Shown: piece after piece, positions 8,329 through 16,149 of the stretch | Layout of the letters: each line of letters opens with the position of its first letter | How positions within the stretch are numbered: the first letter of the stretch is position 1 | DNA from: a virus | Taxonomy: Duplodnaviria > Caudoviricetes | Length of the DNA stretch: 28,516 nucleotides | IMG/VR virus record: IMGVR_UViG_3300042196_000130 | Coordinates: 1-28,516 of that record | Strand: one strand, 5' to 3' | The notes under the pieces: generated by a model | The model's input: only the letters and a program-made list of their open reading frames with translations | What the model was told of the DNA's origin: nothing | Database searches by the model: none | Program-made: the position numbers and the translations under genes

Positions 8329-9185
8329 GGCTTCCCCTCAAGCGCGGCCTCGACGATCGCGGCGAGCTGCGCGTCGTCGGTGATGCTGATTTGCTCGGCG
8401 CGAGATTCGATGTAGCCGGCGCACCAGTCCCGCACGGCGCGGGCGGCGAGCATGGCGATCTCCCGGCTGATGCGGTCGTCGAGTGGCCTTGTCCACACAA
8501 CTTCCCATGGACCGAGATCAGGTCCGTGACGTATGCCGCACACGTCTACGGCTAGGGTCTTGCCGTCGTACTGACTCCTCAGCAGCGCCACCGACAGGGG
8601 GCGATCGGGGGCGCCGGCCGGCGGTTCCTCGGCGCGCGTTTCACCACCGCCGCACGGCGAGTCAGTACCAGCGCCCCCTGTCGAAGCGGCGGGCTCGCTC
8701 ACACCATCCTCGCCCTTAAGGGAGCGCGTGCTAGAGCCCGCCTCAGTCACATCAGGCCGTCTCCGGTCGTCGGTACCTGGTACGGCGTTATTGGCACCAC
8801 CCCCTTCGCGCGCCGCCAGGGCGCGTTGGTCGTTAGCCCACCGCGAGAAATAGTTGGCCGCATCGGCGTGCTTGTCGGCGTAACAGTTATCCCATGTCTC
8901 TCGCATCTCGTCGGCGTGCTTCTTCATCTCCTCGAACGCCGCCCGCCGGCCCTCGGCCTCGCCCTCGGCGTGGCCTTTCGCATACCCCGCGTCAAAGCCC
9001 TCGGTCCACGGCAGGGGCATGAAGTCCAGCAGCACGGCCCGCGCCGCCTCGGGGACCAGGGCGAGGAGTTGGGTCGTTGGCATGTCATCCCGCCGCGATC
9101 TTGGCGCGTGGAGTGCCCGCGTCTCTTCCTCCACCGCCCTGAGCGCCATCACCAGCGCCGCCTCCGGCCGAAGCGGCGGGGTCAT
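8325..9185 (-). CDS. Hypothetical protein with GxxxG repeat and low-complexity central linker
   Basis: Start MTPPLRPE at 9185 (ATGA); EGFDAGYAKGHAEGEAEGRR repeat; 286 aa. Confidence 0.6.
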   Translation of the reverse strand: MTPPLRPEAALVMALRAVEEETRALHAPRSRRDDMPTTQLLALVPEAARAVLLDFMPLPWTEGFDAGYAKGHAEGEAEGRRAAFEEMKKHADEMRETWDNCYADKHADAANYFSRWANDQRALAAREGGGANNAVPGTDDRRRPDVTEAGSSTRSLKGEDGVSEPAASTGGAGTDSPCGGGETRAEEPPAGAPDRPLSVALLRSQYDGKTLAVDVCGIRHGPDLGPWEVVWTRPLDDRISREIAMLAARAVRDWCAGYIESRAEQISITDDAQLAAIVEAALEGKP

Positions 9186-9400
9186 GGCGCGGGCTCCTCG
9201 CACATCGCAGCGGCCGCCTCGGCCCAGGGGAGTGGCCACGGCGGGCCATTCTCCGTCTCGCCGCGCCATTGGTTGTCGCGCGCCGCTAGCAGCCGCTCGG
9301 CCTCGACGGCGGCGATCTCGGCCATCTTGTCGCGGTCGTTGAGCCGGTGAAACTTGGCCGCCAGCGCCTCCACCCACTGCGCGCGCGCGTCCGGGGTCAT
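9182..9400 (-). CDS. Hypothetical protein
   Basis: 72 aa; ATGA-coupled at both ends. Confidence 0.6.
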   Translation of the reverse strand: MTPDARAQWVEALAAKFHRLNDRDKMAEIAAVEAERLLAARDNQWRGETENGPPWPLPWAEAAAAMCEEPAP

Positions 9401-9606
9401 GGCTTCTCCGGCGCGCCCTGCACGCGCAGCTCAACCCACATCGCTTCCCACGTCGAGACGTTTGCGCCCGTCACGCGATTGTAGGCGCGGGCTTCCATCG
9501 CGGAGGCGAAGATCCAGATGCCGAGCGCAAGGCCACCCACGATCAACGCCAGAAGGATGGCCACACCGATCTCGCCCACGCCGCGTGATGATGGGCCGAT
9601 GGTCAT
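9397..9606 (-). CDS. Small membrane protein
   Basis: 69 aa; TM segment IGVAILLALIVGGLALGIWIFA; ATGA-coupled. Confidence 0.7.
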   Translation of the reverse strand: MTIGPSSRGVGEIGVAILLALIVGGLALGIWIFASAMEARAYNRVTGANVSTWEAMWVELRVQGAPEKP

Positions 9607-9842
9607 GGCTCAACTCCCATCTGCTCTCGCACCTTTCGCCGGCACTCAAGCACGCAGCCTAAACACAGCCAATAGTTACACGGGCAGCGATAACGCAACC
9701 GCCGCTTCCTCCCGCACTCTTCGCAACGCCGAGCGAGACGAAACAACCGCCGCCAGAAGCCGATGCGCTCGCTTGTGATCTCTCCGAGCACTAGGCCGGG
9801 GGGCAGCGCGGAGCCATGCAACCCGCCAGTTTCGCGGCTCAC
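9603..9842 (-). CDS. Small Cys-rich zinc-finger protein
   Basis: CEECG...CPC...CLGC; GTGA overlap at start. Confidence 0.6.
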   Translation of the reverse strand: MSRETGGLHGSALPPGLVLGEITSERIGFWRRLFRLARRCEECGRKRRLRYRCPCNYWLCLGCVLECRRKVREQMGVEP

Positions 9843-10396
9843 GGCAGCCGCCCCCCGGTCGAACTCGTGTACTCCTGCGCCTCCAAGGGCGCGAGCTGCC
9901 GGAGCCCATAGAGTGCGAGGCAGGCTGCATCAGCCCGCGCCTGCGCCTTTGACTTGACTCCGAGATCGAGGTCCGGCAAGAGCCGCCGCACGACCGCCAC
10001 GGCGCGATCCTTGCCCTCTCCCGGCGCGCCTTTCAGCATCGCGGCTGTCCAAGTTCGCGGATGCACGAGCACTCGCGGAATGCCGCGCCCGGCGAGAAGC
10101 CCGCGCCAGAGGCCGAAGCCGACCCCGATCGACACCATCGACACGACGCCCTGGCCGGGACGCGCGGCCTGCGCCTCTAGCACTGCAAGCTCGATCGGCC
10201 CGAGCGCGGCGAGCCACTTCGCCATCGCATCCTCGTCGTACTCGCGCTTGGCGCCCTTCCCGGTGCGGAGGAGCCAATCGGAGGTGTTGGCGACGATGAT
10301 TCCGAAGCTGAACCTTGACTCCTCGAACACGCGTAGCGCTTGCAGTCCAACGACCGCGCCGCCCTTGCCCGGGTCGATGCCGAGGATGAGGCTCAT
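9839..10396 (-). CDS. RuvC-like Holliday junction resolvase
   Basis: Start MSLILGIDPG at 10396; catalytic motifs GIDPG, AVLE, ADAACLA; QGVVS..SIGVGFG and VHPRTW typical of phage RuvC-like enzymes; 185 aa. Confidence 0.85.
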   Translation of the reverse strand: MSLILGIDPGKGGAVVGLQALRVFEESRFSFGIIVANTSDWLLRTGKGAKREYDEDAMAKWLAALGPIELAVLEAQAARPGQGVVSMVSIGVGFGLWRGLLAGRGIPRVLVHPRTWTAAMLKGAPGEGKDRAVAVVRRLLPDLDLGVKSKAQARADAACLALYGLRQLAPLEAQEYTSSTGGRLP

Positions 10397-10602
10397 GTCC
10401 CCACCCCTGCCGTCCGCGCGCTCTCGGCCTCTCTCGCCGCGACCCGCGCCGTCCAGTACGCCGCCATCTTCCGCTCGTTCGCCTCGTCGTTCACGTACCT
10501 CTCCGGCAGCGAGCACGCGAGCCGCGCCCGCACGTCGTATCTCAGCATCACGAGGATCCGATGGATCCTCGACGCGGCCAGGTTCTCGGCGCTTCCCTTC
10601 AC
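10393..10602 (-). CDS. Hypothetical protein
   Basis: GTG start at 10602 overlaps upstream TGA; alternative start 10650; stop coupled to the resolvase start. Confidence 0.55.
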   Translation of the reverse strand: MKGSAENLAASRIHRILVMLRYDVRARLACSLPERYVNDEANERKMAAYWTARVAAREAESARTAGVGT

Positions 10603-10847
10603 CGACTCTTCTTCCTTGGGGGCTTCTTCCTTGATTCGGAATCGCTGCATTGACTCTGCCTCTCAAGCGCAACGCTGGCAATGAGCTGATCGAGTCTGTA
10701 GACTCGCTCCCCGAGTTCGTTGCATGCCTGCACGAAGCCCTCGGGGAATGATCCCGGCGCTGGAGTGAACGGATGGTAGCGGTGCATCTCCCGCGCCGAA
10801 TCGAGTACGAGCGCAACCATCGGGGCGATGGAATCGGCGGCGCTCAT
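10599..10847 (-). CDS. Hypothetical protein
   Basis: 82 aa; starts 1 nt after the upstream stop, with GGAG RBS. Confidence 0.55.
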   Translation of the reverse strand: MSAADSIAPMVALVLDSAREMHRYHPFTPAPGSFPEGFVQACNELGERVYRLDQLIASVALERQSQCSDSESRKKPPRKKSR

Positions 10848-10848
10848 C

Positions 10849-12096
10849 TCACTTCTCCGCCGCCTTCGCCGTGAGCGCCACCAGCGCCTCGATCGCGCGC
10901 GACATCTGCGCCCGCGTGAATGCCTTCGGCCGCAGCGGCTTTCCGGTCTCCGGCCCGCGGCCGATCGCTTCCATCACCTCGGGCGGCAAGAGCACGAAGG
11001 TCCCGTCGGCTCGATCCTCGCTCGCGAGACCCATCTCGTTCACGATCGCCCAGAACTTCTTGAGCTGGTCGGGCGTCCCTTCATGCCCAGCCGGGGCTGA
11101 CAGTGGAGCCGGGTCTGGTCTCTCAACCATCGACACGCCAACCAGCTTGGTCTCGGGAACATGAATGGTGGCCGGTGCGCCCTCGACCCGCGCCATGACC
11201 TCTTCGGTCTTGGCCGCCTCCTCCTTGACTTCTGCCTTCGCCGCTGGCCCGTTCGGCTTCCGGATCCTCGCCAGCACCTGCTCGGCCTTCGAGCCCGTGG
11301 GCGCAAGCCCGCTCGCCATGGCACCGTCCGCCGCGAACGCCTCGGCAACCGTCGTCTCGCCGTCCTTGATCGCCGTCCGAAGCCCCGTCAAGACGATCAG
11401 GTCCTCCGTCGTAACGTCCTCGATGCCCTTCTGCTCCAACATGGTGAGCACCTGCGCCTCAGATACTCCGAGCTTCGCGAACCACTCGAAGGCCCGCGCC
11501 CGCCGCTGCTCCATCGTCAGCGCCTTGCCGATCGAGATGGTGCGCGCGTCCTCGTAGATCGCCTTCACGTAGGTGAACGGGATCACCTTGAAGATTGCCT
11601 GCCGGAGCGCGATTGAGGCCGCGGCGTTGCATGTCGTGCCGATCATGTCGTCGTTGTACCGCCTGCCGTCCTTGTTGGTGATCCGGCGCCTGACTTCGAT
11701 ATTGGCCGCGATGTTCTTCTCCAGGTCGAAGCACGCTCCCTGCGCCGTCACATGCGTGGCCCCTATCTCCACCACGCGGGCGCCATACCGCAGGTTGCCC
11801 CAAGCCGAGCCCACGATCTCGGCGAGCCGGACCGAGGGGCCCTCGATCTTCTTCCCCGCCCGCGGCAGCACGTAGAACATGCTGGCGGCCGTCTCCTCGT
11901 CGAGCGTTGCCATCTCTCGCGCTTGCTGGAGGAACGCTGCGATCGAGCGCGGGAACCGCTTGGCCGTCGCAATCTGGATGTCGATCTCCGAGCGCGTGAT
12001 GGCGTCGATAGCGGTCAACGGCACGATCTCCGCCGGCCGGTCCTCGTACTCCTCCCCCACCAGCGGGGCCTGGTTCGCCTGCTGATCTGTTGCCAT
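10849..12096 (-). CDS. Putative ssDNA-annealing recombinase (partner of YqaJ)
   Basis: Start MATDQQ at 12096; QIATAKRFPR, FYVLPRAGKKIEGPSVRLAE, WGNLRYG, DLEKN, IALRQAIFKVIP motifs; immediately downstream of the YqaJ exonuclease; 415 aa. Confidence 0.65.
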   Translation of the reverse strand: MATDQQANQAPLVGEEYEDRPAEIVPLTAIDAITRSEIDIQIATAKRFPRSIAAFLQQAREMATLDEETAASMFYVLPRAGKKIEGPSVRLAEIVGSAWGNLRYGARVVEIGATHVTAQGACFDLEKNIAANIEVRRRITNKDGRRYNDDMIGTTCNAAASIALRQAIFKVIPFTYVKAIYEDARTISIGKALTMEQRRARAFEWFAKLGVSEAQVLTMLEQKGIEDVTTEDLIVLTGLRTAIKDGETTVAEAFAADGAMASGLAPTGSKAEQVLARIRKPNGPAAKAEVKEEAAKTEEVMARVEGAPATIHVPETKLVGVSMVERPDPAPLSAPAGHEGTPDQLKKFWAIVNEMGLASEDRADGTFVLLPPEVMEAIGRGPETGKPLRPKAFTRAQMSRAIEALVALTAKAAEK

Positions 12097-12101
12097 GGTC
12101 C

Positions 12102-13085
12102 TTACCCCTTCCTCTCGTTGAACGTCACCAGGAACCGGCGGAACCCGGCGCTCGTCGCCGTGTGCTCGCGCACCAGCTCCGGCCCGGCCTTGAGGGCCTG
12201 CGCAATCGCTTCCCAATTCACCCGCGTCGAGTCGGCCGTCCGCTTCCAGGAAATGCGGAAGTCGTCGCCCACGATGCAGGAGGCATCTCGAAGGATGGCC
12301 TTAATCTCATTCTCCAGGAGCCGCTTCCTGCCCTCCGCCTCCTCGAATTGAACCCGCGCCTCCTTGAGTTCGAGCGCGAGCTTGACCATCTCCGGTGTCG
12401 CTGCGATCTCGTCCCCTGAGTCCCTGTCGTAGCGCGCCTGAAGGTAGGCCCGGCAGGACTCCGAGCCGTCCACCGCCGGCGGCTTTCCGGTGAGGACGTG
12501 CGCCTGCCAGAAGTCCGCGAGCACGGCGATCATCTCGGCGATGAGCTTGTCGTCCCGTTGGATCGTGTAGACCCGGAAGTCGCTCCCGGCGATCAAGACC
12601 GCGCAATCGGCCACCGGGTAGCCGGTCACGGCCAGATAGTGCTGCACCTGAATGAAATAGTCGTCGGGCACCACGTCAGTCCCAGGCCCCCCCCATCCGC
12701 GATCCCACTTCGAGGTCTTGAGCTCGACGAGCCGCTGCTCGCCAATCACCAGGCGGTCGATCGAGCCGAGCATCCACGAGTGCTCGCGGTGGCGCATGAT
12801 CTGCGGGTACGGGATCTTGACCCGGCGCCCCGTCGCCTCCGAGTAGGCCGACGCCACGTGCGGCTCGAGGAGCTTCCCCCAGCGCATGGCCGGATTCTCG
12901 GGCTCCTTCGGCCGCAGGTTCAGCTTGTCGGCCCACACGTCGATCGCCGAGCGGAAGGGCGAGATGCCGAGGACGGCCGGCGCGTCGGAGCCGCCGATCC
13001 CCTTGCGTCGGGCCGCCTGGCGTGCAGCCTCGGGGTCCACGTCCTCGTAGCCCCCAACCGTTGCTGGGGCTGTGCTTTCTTCCAT
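12102..13085 (-). CDS. yqaJ: YqaJ-like viral recombinase / lambda-type exonuclease
   Basis: RRKGIGGSDAPAVLG, MRWGKLLEP, GSIDR, VELKT, YFIQVQHYLAVTG; RBS GAGGAG; alternative in-frame starts at 13091 and 13148. Confidence 0.92.
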   Translation of the reverse strand: MEESTAPATVGGYEDVDPEAARQAARRKGIGGSDAPAVLGISPFRSAIDVWADKLNLRPKEPENPAMRWGKLLEPHVASAYSEATGRRVKIPYPQIMRHREHSWMLGSIDRLVIGEQRLVELKTSKWDRGWGGPGTDVVPDDYFIQVQHYLAVTGYPVADCAVLIAGSDFRVYTIQRDDKLIAEMIAVLADFWQAHVLTGKPPAVDGSESCRAYLQARYDRDSGDEIAATPEMVKLALELKEARVQFEEAEGRKRLLENEIKAILRDASCIVGDDFRISWKRTADSTRVNWEAIAQALKAGPELVREHTATSAGFRRFLVTFNERKG

Positions 13086-13147
13086 CTTCATCTCCTCTTG
13101 GGCGGGGGCAGGCCTCGGGTCCAAGCTCGCGCCCTCAGCCCGCCCCA

Positions 13148-13345
13148 TCACTTCGGCGCTCCGTTCGTGAGCAAGTCCACGCATTCCCCGCAGTAGAACG
13201 CACCGCGCACTGCATCCGCGTTCACGCACCATCCGCCAATCCGTGCGGCGTGGAGACCGATCGAGATGTGGCACTTGACGCACTTGACCACCGCTGCCGA
13301 TTCCTCGCCCGGCGGTGACAGAGTGTCGAGCCGCAGGAGCTTCAT
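13148..13345 (-). CDS. Small zinc-finger protein
   Basis: CVKC...CGEC; 65 aa; RBS GGAGG. Confidence 0.65.
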   Translation of the reverse strand: MKLLRLDTLSPPGEESAAVVKCVKCHISIGLHAARIGGWCVNADAVRGAFYCGECVDLLTNGAPK

Positions 13346-13387
13346 CGCGGCCCATCCTCCAGATGGCGCTCGACCTGCATGTCTTCC

Positions 13388-13672
13388 TCACGCTCCCGGG
13401 CGCGCTCGTACTCCCTCGAGGTCCTGCGCCTCGCAGTCGCGGCGATCGGCGCACTCGTTGCAGATCGGCCCGGCGGCGATCTCGTCCACGGATGGACCGC
13501 CGCAGTCGATGCACCTTCGCTCCCACTCGCCATCGGGCCCCATGACCGCGTCGCAATCCTCGCACTCGGCACCCGGATCGACCGCGATCTCGACGGGCAT
13601 CTCCTTGGGCTCGCGATCGAAGTCGGCGCACCAGCCGCAGAGCCGGAGGCCGTCCTGGATGAAGGCGCTCAT
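13388..13672 (-). CDS. Multi-CxxC zinc-binding protein (possibly frameshifted near 3' end)
   Basis: Start MSAFIQ at 13672 (ATGA); CGWC, CEDC, CIDC, CNEC. Confidence 0.65.
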   Translation of the reverse strand: MSAFIQDGLRLCGWCADFDREPKEMPVEIAVDPGAECEDCDAVMGPDGEWERRCIDCGGPSVDEIAAGPICNECADRRDCEAQDLEGVRARPGA

Positions 13673-13953
13673 CGCTGTGCCTCCTTCCACACGCTCGGCC
13701 TGCTCTCTGGCCGCGCATATGCCGCGCAGCATGGGCAGACGTAGGCGGTCAACATCGGGAAGGCGCTGTTTTTCATGAGCGGCGCCCGGGCGTCGCATCT
13801 CTGGCACACGAGGTAGTACCAACGACCGTAGAGGATGATGTTCCACAGCTTCGTCCACCAGCTCGCCGGCAGGTACTCCGGCACAAACGGTAGCGGCTCG
13901 TGATGCCGGCACGCGCCGACGAAAGCGGGATTTGCCGGGCGATCTACGCTCAT
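13669..13953 (-). CDS. Zinc-finger protein
   Basis: CQRC...CPCC; ATGA-coupled at both ends. Confidence 0.6.
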   Translation of the reverse strand: MSVDRPANPAFVGACRHHEPLPFVPEYLPASWWTKLWNIILYGRWYYLVCQRCDARAPLMKNSAFPMLTAYVCPCCAAYARPESRPSVWKEAQR

Positions 13954-14150
13954 GGCTGCTCCTCTTTGCCAATCACGCGGGGAGGTGGCTCAAAGACCAT
14001 CTCTGGCGCGCCGTACCCTATCGACATGCGGGCGCCGCCAGCAAGGCCGACCACATAGCCGAGCACCCGGTCGCGAGATTCCGCGCTGAGGGCCGAGAGA
14101 ATGTTGACGATCTTCGTGATCGCCCTGGCCTCCTCCTTCATCGTCGTCAT
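13950..14150 (-). CDS. Hypothetical protein
   Basis: MTTMKEEARAITKIVNILSALSAESRDRVLGYV; ATGA-coupled. Confidence 0.65.
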   Translation of the reverse strand: MTTMKEEARAITKIVNILSALSAESRDRVLGYVVGLAGGARMSIGYGAPEMVFEPPPRVIGKEEQP

Positions 14151-14488
14151 ACTCGTCTCCCTTCTGATCCCTGCCGGCACCGCTCGCAGCGGCTCGTCCG
14201 CTTGTCCTCGGCGAACTCGAGCGGTGCACCGCAGCGGCAGGCGCCGTTCTGCGTCGGCTTCGGCGCCCCCGCCTCAACCCACTTCGCCATGATGCACACC
14301 GTGCAGTAGAGGCTCGTCGCGGAGGCTCCCCTCTGCCGCCTCAGCGTCTCGGCGAAGCTCGCGATTGAGGTTCGGCCGAGCGCCACGACGGCGCGCGGGC
14401 TCTCGTGCCGGTTGAGCACCACGGGGCGCCAGGTTTCGCCGATTGGTGCAGAGCACCCCGGCGTTGAGCAGCGGTAGATGAGGTTCAC
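14147..14488 (-). CDS. Cys-rich zinc-binding protein
   Basis: GTGA overlap at start; CSTPGC, CTVC, CRC, CERC. Confidence 0.6.
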   Translation of the reverse strand: MNLIYRCSTPGCSAPIGETWRPVVLNRHESPRAVVALGRTSIASFAETLRRQRGASATSLYCTVCIMAKWVEAGAPKPTQNGACRCGAPLEFAEDKRTSRCERCRQGSEGRRV

Positions 14489-14574
14489 CACCAGCCTCCC
14501 TGCCACCAGCCGGCGAGGACCTCGGCAGCGACGATGGCAAAGGCGATGAGGAGACCGATCGCGACGGCCCTCAT
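14485..14574 (-). CDS. 29-aa membrane micro-protein
   Basis: MRAVAIGLLIAFAIVAAEVLAGWWQGGWW; RBS GGAGG; coupled at both ends. Confidence 0.55.
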   Translation of the reverse strand: MRAVAIGLLIAFAIVAAEVLAGWWQGGWW

Positions 14575-14612
14575 CGTCGTGCCTCCGCGGCGGGCACCGG
14601 GTAGTCGATCAT
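14571..14612 (-). CDS. 13-aa coupled micro-ORF
   Basis: MIDYPVPAAEARR; ATGA overlaps at both start and stop. Confidence 0.35.
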   Translation of the reverse strand: MIDYPVPAAEARR

Positions 14613-14878
14613 CGGACGGACCCCGCGGGATCCGTCGGCCCCGCCGAATCCGGCGGGCAGGGGTTGGCGGTCCCCGCCTCGTCTCGACCGCATGGCGGCT
14701 CTGGCATCTCGGCCTGCGGCTCGGGCACGAAGATGTACTTGCTCGGCCGCTCGCAGCCTGCCGCCGCGAGCCCCATGGCGAGCGCCGCGAGACACGGAAG
14801 GAGCATCCGCGCGCGCACGCGCCGCCGCGCACGCCGCCGCCGCCACCACCGCCCGAGAGCCGCCAAGACCGCGCTCAT
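14609..14878 (-). CDS. Putative lipoprotein with Arg-rich N-region
   Basis: MSAVLAALGRWWRRRRARRRVRARMLLPCLAALAMGLAAAGC lipobox-like site, Pro-rich tail; RBS GGAGG; ATGA-coupled. Confidence 0.6.
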   Translation of the reverse strand: MSAVLAALGRWWRRRRARRRVRARMLLPCLAALAMGLAAAGCERPSKYIFVPEPQAEMPEPPCGRDEAGTANPCPPDSAGPTDPAGSVR

Positions 14879-15174
14879 CGCACCGCCTCCATTGCAGCCT
14901 GGCCTCGCCGCTTCGCCTCTTCCCGCGCCAGCTTCACCAGCGCGCCCAGCTCGCGCTCGCCACCATGGAACTCGGCCTCCGGCCCGCAGAGCGTCAGGTC
15001 GAGCCTCACCGCCGGCCCCTGGATTCGGAAGCTCGTCTCGCCCTGCCGCACCTCGACCACCACCGAGCCGTCGGAGCTCGTGAACACCGCCAGCGTCACC
15101 GGTTCCTCGGCCTCCCGGATCACCGCCGCCTTGACGCCGGCCATCGCCTTCTCCCATCCGCGCTCGCCGTTCAT
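14875..15174 (-). CDS. Hypothetical protein, first gene of the leftward operon
   Basis: Start MNGERGWE at 15174 with RBS AAGGAG; 99 aa. Confidence 0.7.
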   Translation of the reverse strand: MNGERGWEKAMAGVKAAVIREAEEPVTLAVFTSSDGSVVVEVRQGETSFRIQGPAVRLDLTLCGPEAEFHGGERELGALVKLAREEAKRRGQAAMEAVR

Positions 15175-15242
15175 CGGGTCTCCTTCGCGGCGCCCCTCGG
15201 CTGCCGCCATTCGCCGTTCCGCCACACGCTCACCACGCACAC

Positions 15243-15290
15243 ATCATCGCCCATCCGCCCGCCAGTTTCAAGCTCTTTTTTTGATTTTCC
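15243..15290 (-). promoter_or_regulatory. Leftward sigma70-type promoter with A-rich UP element
   Basis: Minus strand: AAAATCAAAAAAGAGC-TTGAAA(15271-15266)-17 nt-GATGAT(15248-15243), about 60 nt before the first RBS/start. Confidence 0.6.
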
Positions 15291-15675
15291 TTGCGTGTCC
15301 ATCTTGCTACCTCGTTTCGACTTGCGCCACATCGGCTGCGAACGCCTCTCACCATTGCAGGGTCCGTGCCAGCCGTGAGCCGAGGCGAGCCGATCGCGTA
15401 AGTGCGCTAGCGCCAAAGACATGGGGACGATGCTTGCTGGCGCCGCAGGTTGCGCCTGAGCCGGAAGCGGGCGGATTGCCACCGCGGGCGTGGCGTTCTG
15501 GCCGATCCGGACTGCCGGGCGAGGATGCAGGTCCCGGACCGGTGCCAGACCGGGGCGGATTCGAACGGGGAGCGGCCTGGCTGGCGTCTCAGTGGGGCGT
15601 CCGACCTCGGGGACCAACCCAGGGGATGGCGCCCCTGAGGGCACGGATGGCGCTCACAGGCGCCGAGAAAGGCGC

Positions 15676-15705
15676 TTGACCCTCCCGCCTCCCGCACGGC
15701 AGGAT
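15676..15705 (+). promoter_or_regulatory. Rightward sigma70-type promoter candidate
   Basis: TTGACC(15676-15681)-18 nt-CAGGAT(15700-15705), preceded by the inverted repeat GCGCC-GAGAAA-GGCGC. Confidence 0.4.
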
Positions 15706-15822
15706 GGCCAGCGACCCGAATCGCCGCCCGCCACCAATCGCCGTGGTGATTGGAAAACGGCGAGACCCCGAGCGAAGTCGGGGTCTCCCTGGACGGCAGG
15801 ACCTGGAAGAGAGGTCAAGCCG

Positions 15823-16149
15823 ATGGCCGAAAGTACCGCTAGCACGGTGCTCGACGCAAGAGTCGTCGCGGTTCTTCCGCCGATTCTTCCGCGCAAACGA
15901 ACCCGCGCAGTTGCCCTTGTCGGGCTGTCCATTGGGCCGGTGACCATTTACGGCCACCTCATGCTGCCCGGTGTCACCCCAGCTTCGAAGCATCAGGACT
16001 TCTGGTTGTTGTTCCCGGGAACCTCCGAGCAAGCGATGGTGACCTGGGAGCCCGCGTCTTACATGGCTGCGTGCCAGTTGGCGGTGGCAGCAGTTCGGTC
16101 GCACCAAGAACCCCTCGGCATCCAGCCGCCGAGCGGATCCCATGGCTAG
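15823..16149 (+). CDS. Hypothetical protein (weak SpoVG-like beta-strand pattern)
   Basis: Start MAESTAS after GAGAGG; 108 aa; overlaps the start of the replication gene. Confidence 0.55.
   Translation: MAESTASTVLDARVVAVLPPILPRKRTRAVALVGLSIGPVTIYGHLMLPGVTPASKHQDFWLLFPGTSEQAMVTWEPASYMAACQLAVAAVRSHQEPLGIQPPSGSHG

Noticed and set aside
13086-13718. Long N-terminal extension of the yqaJ ORF (538 aa in the track), and similar extensions of the RuvC-like and annealase ORFs
   Set aside because: They overlap better-supported coupled small genes; internal starts have an RBS or a stop/start overlap.
15541-15575. GTTCGAATCC on the minus strand, resembling a tRNA T-loop
   Set aside because: Flanks do not form a T-stem, and no cloverleaf or acceptor stem can be built.
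15171-15644. 157-aa minus ORF across the control region, considered as a repressor
   Set aside because: No HTH pattern, low-complexity composition, and it runs through the predicted leftward promoter.
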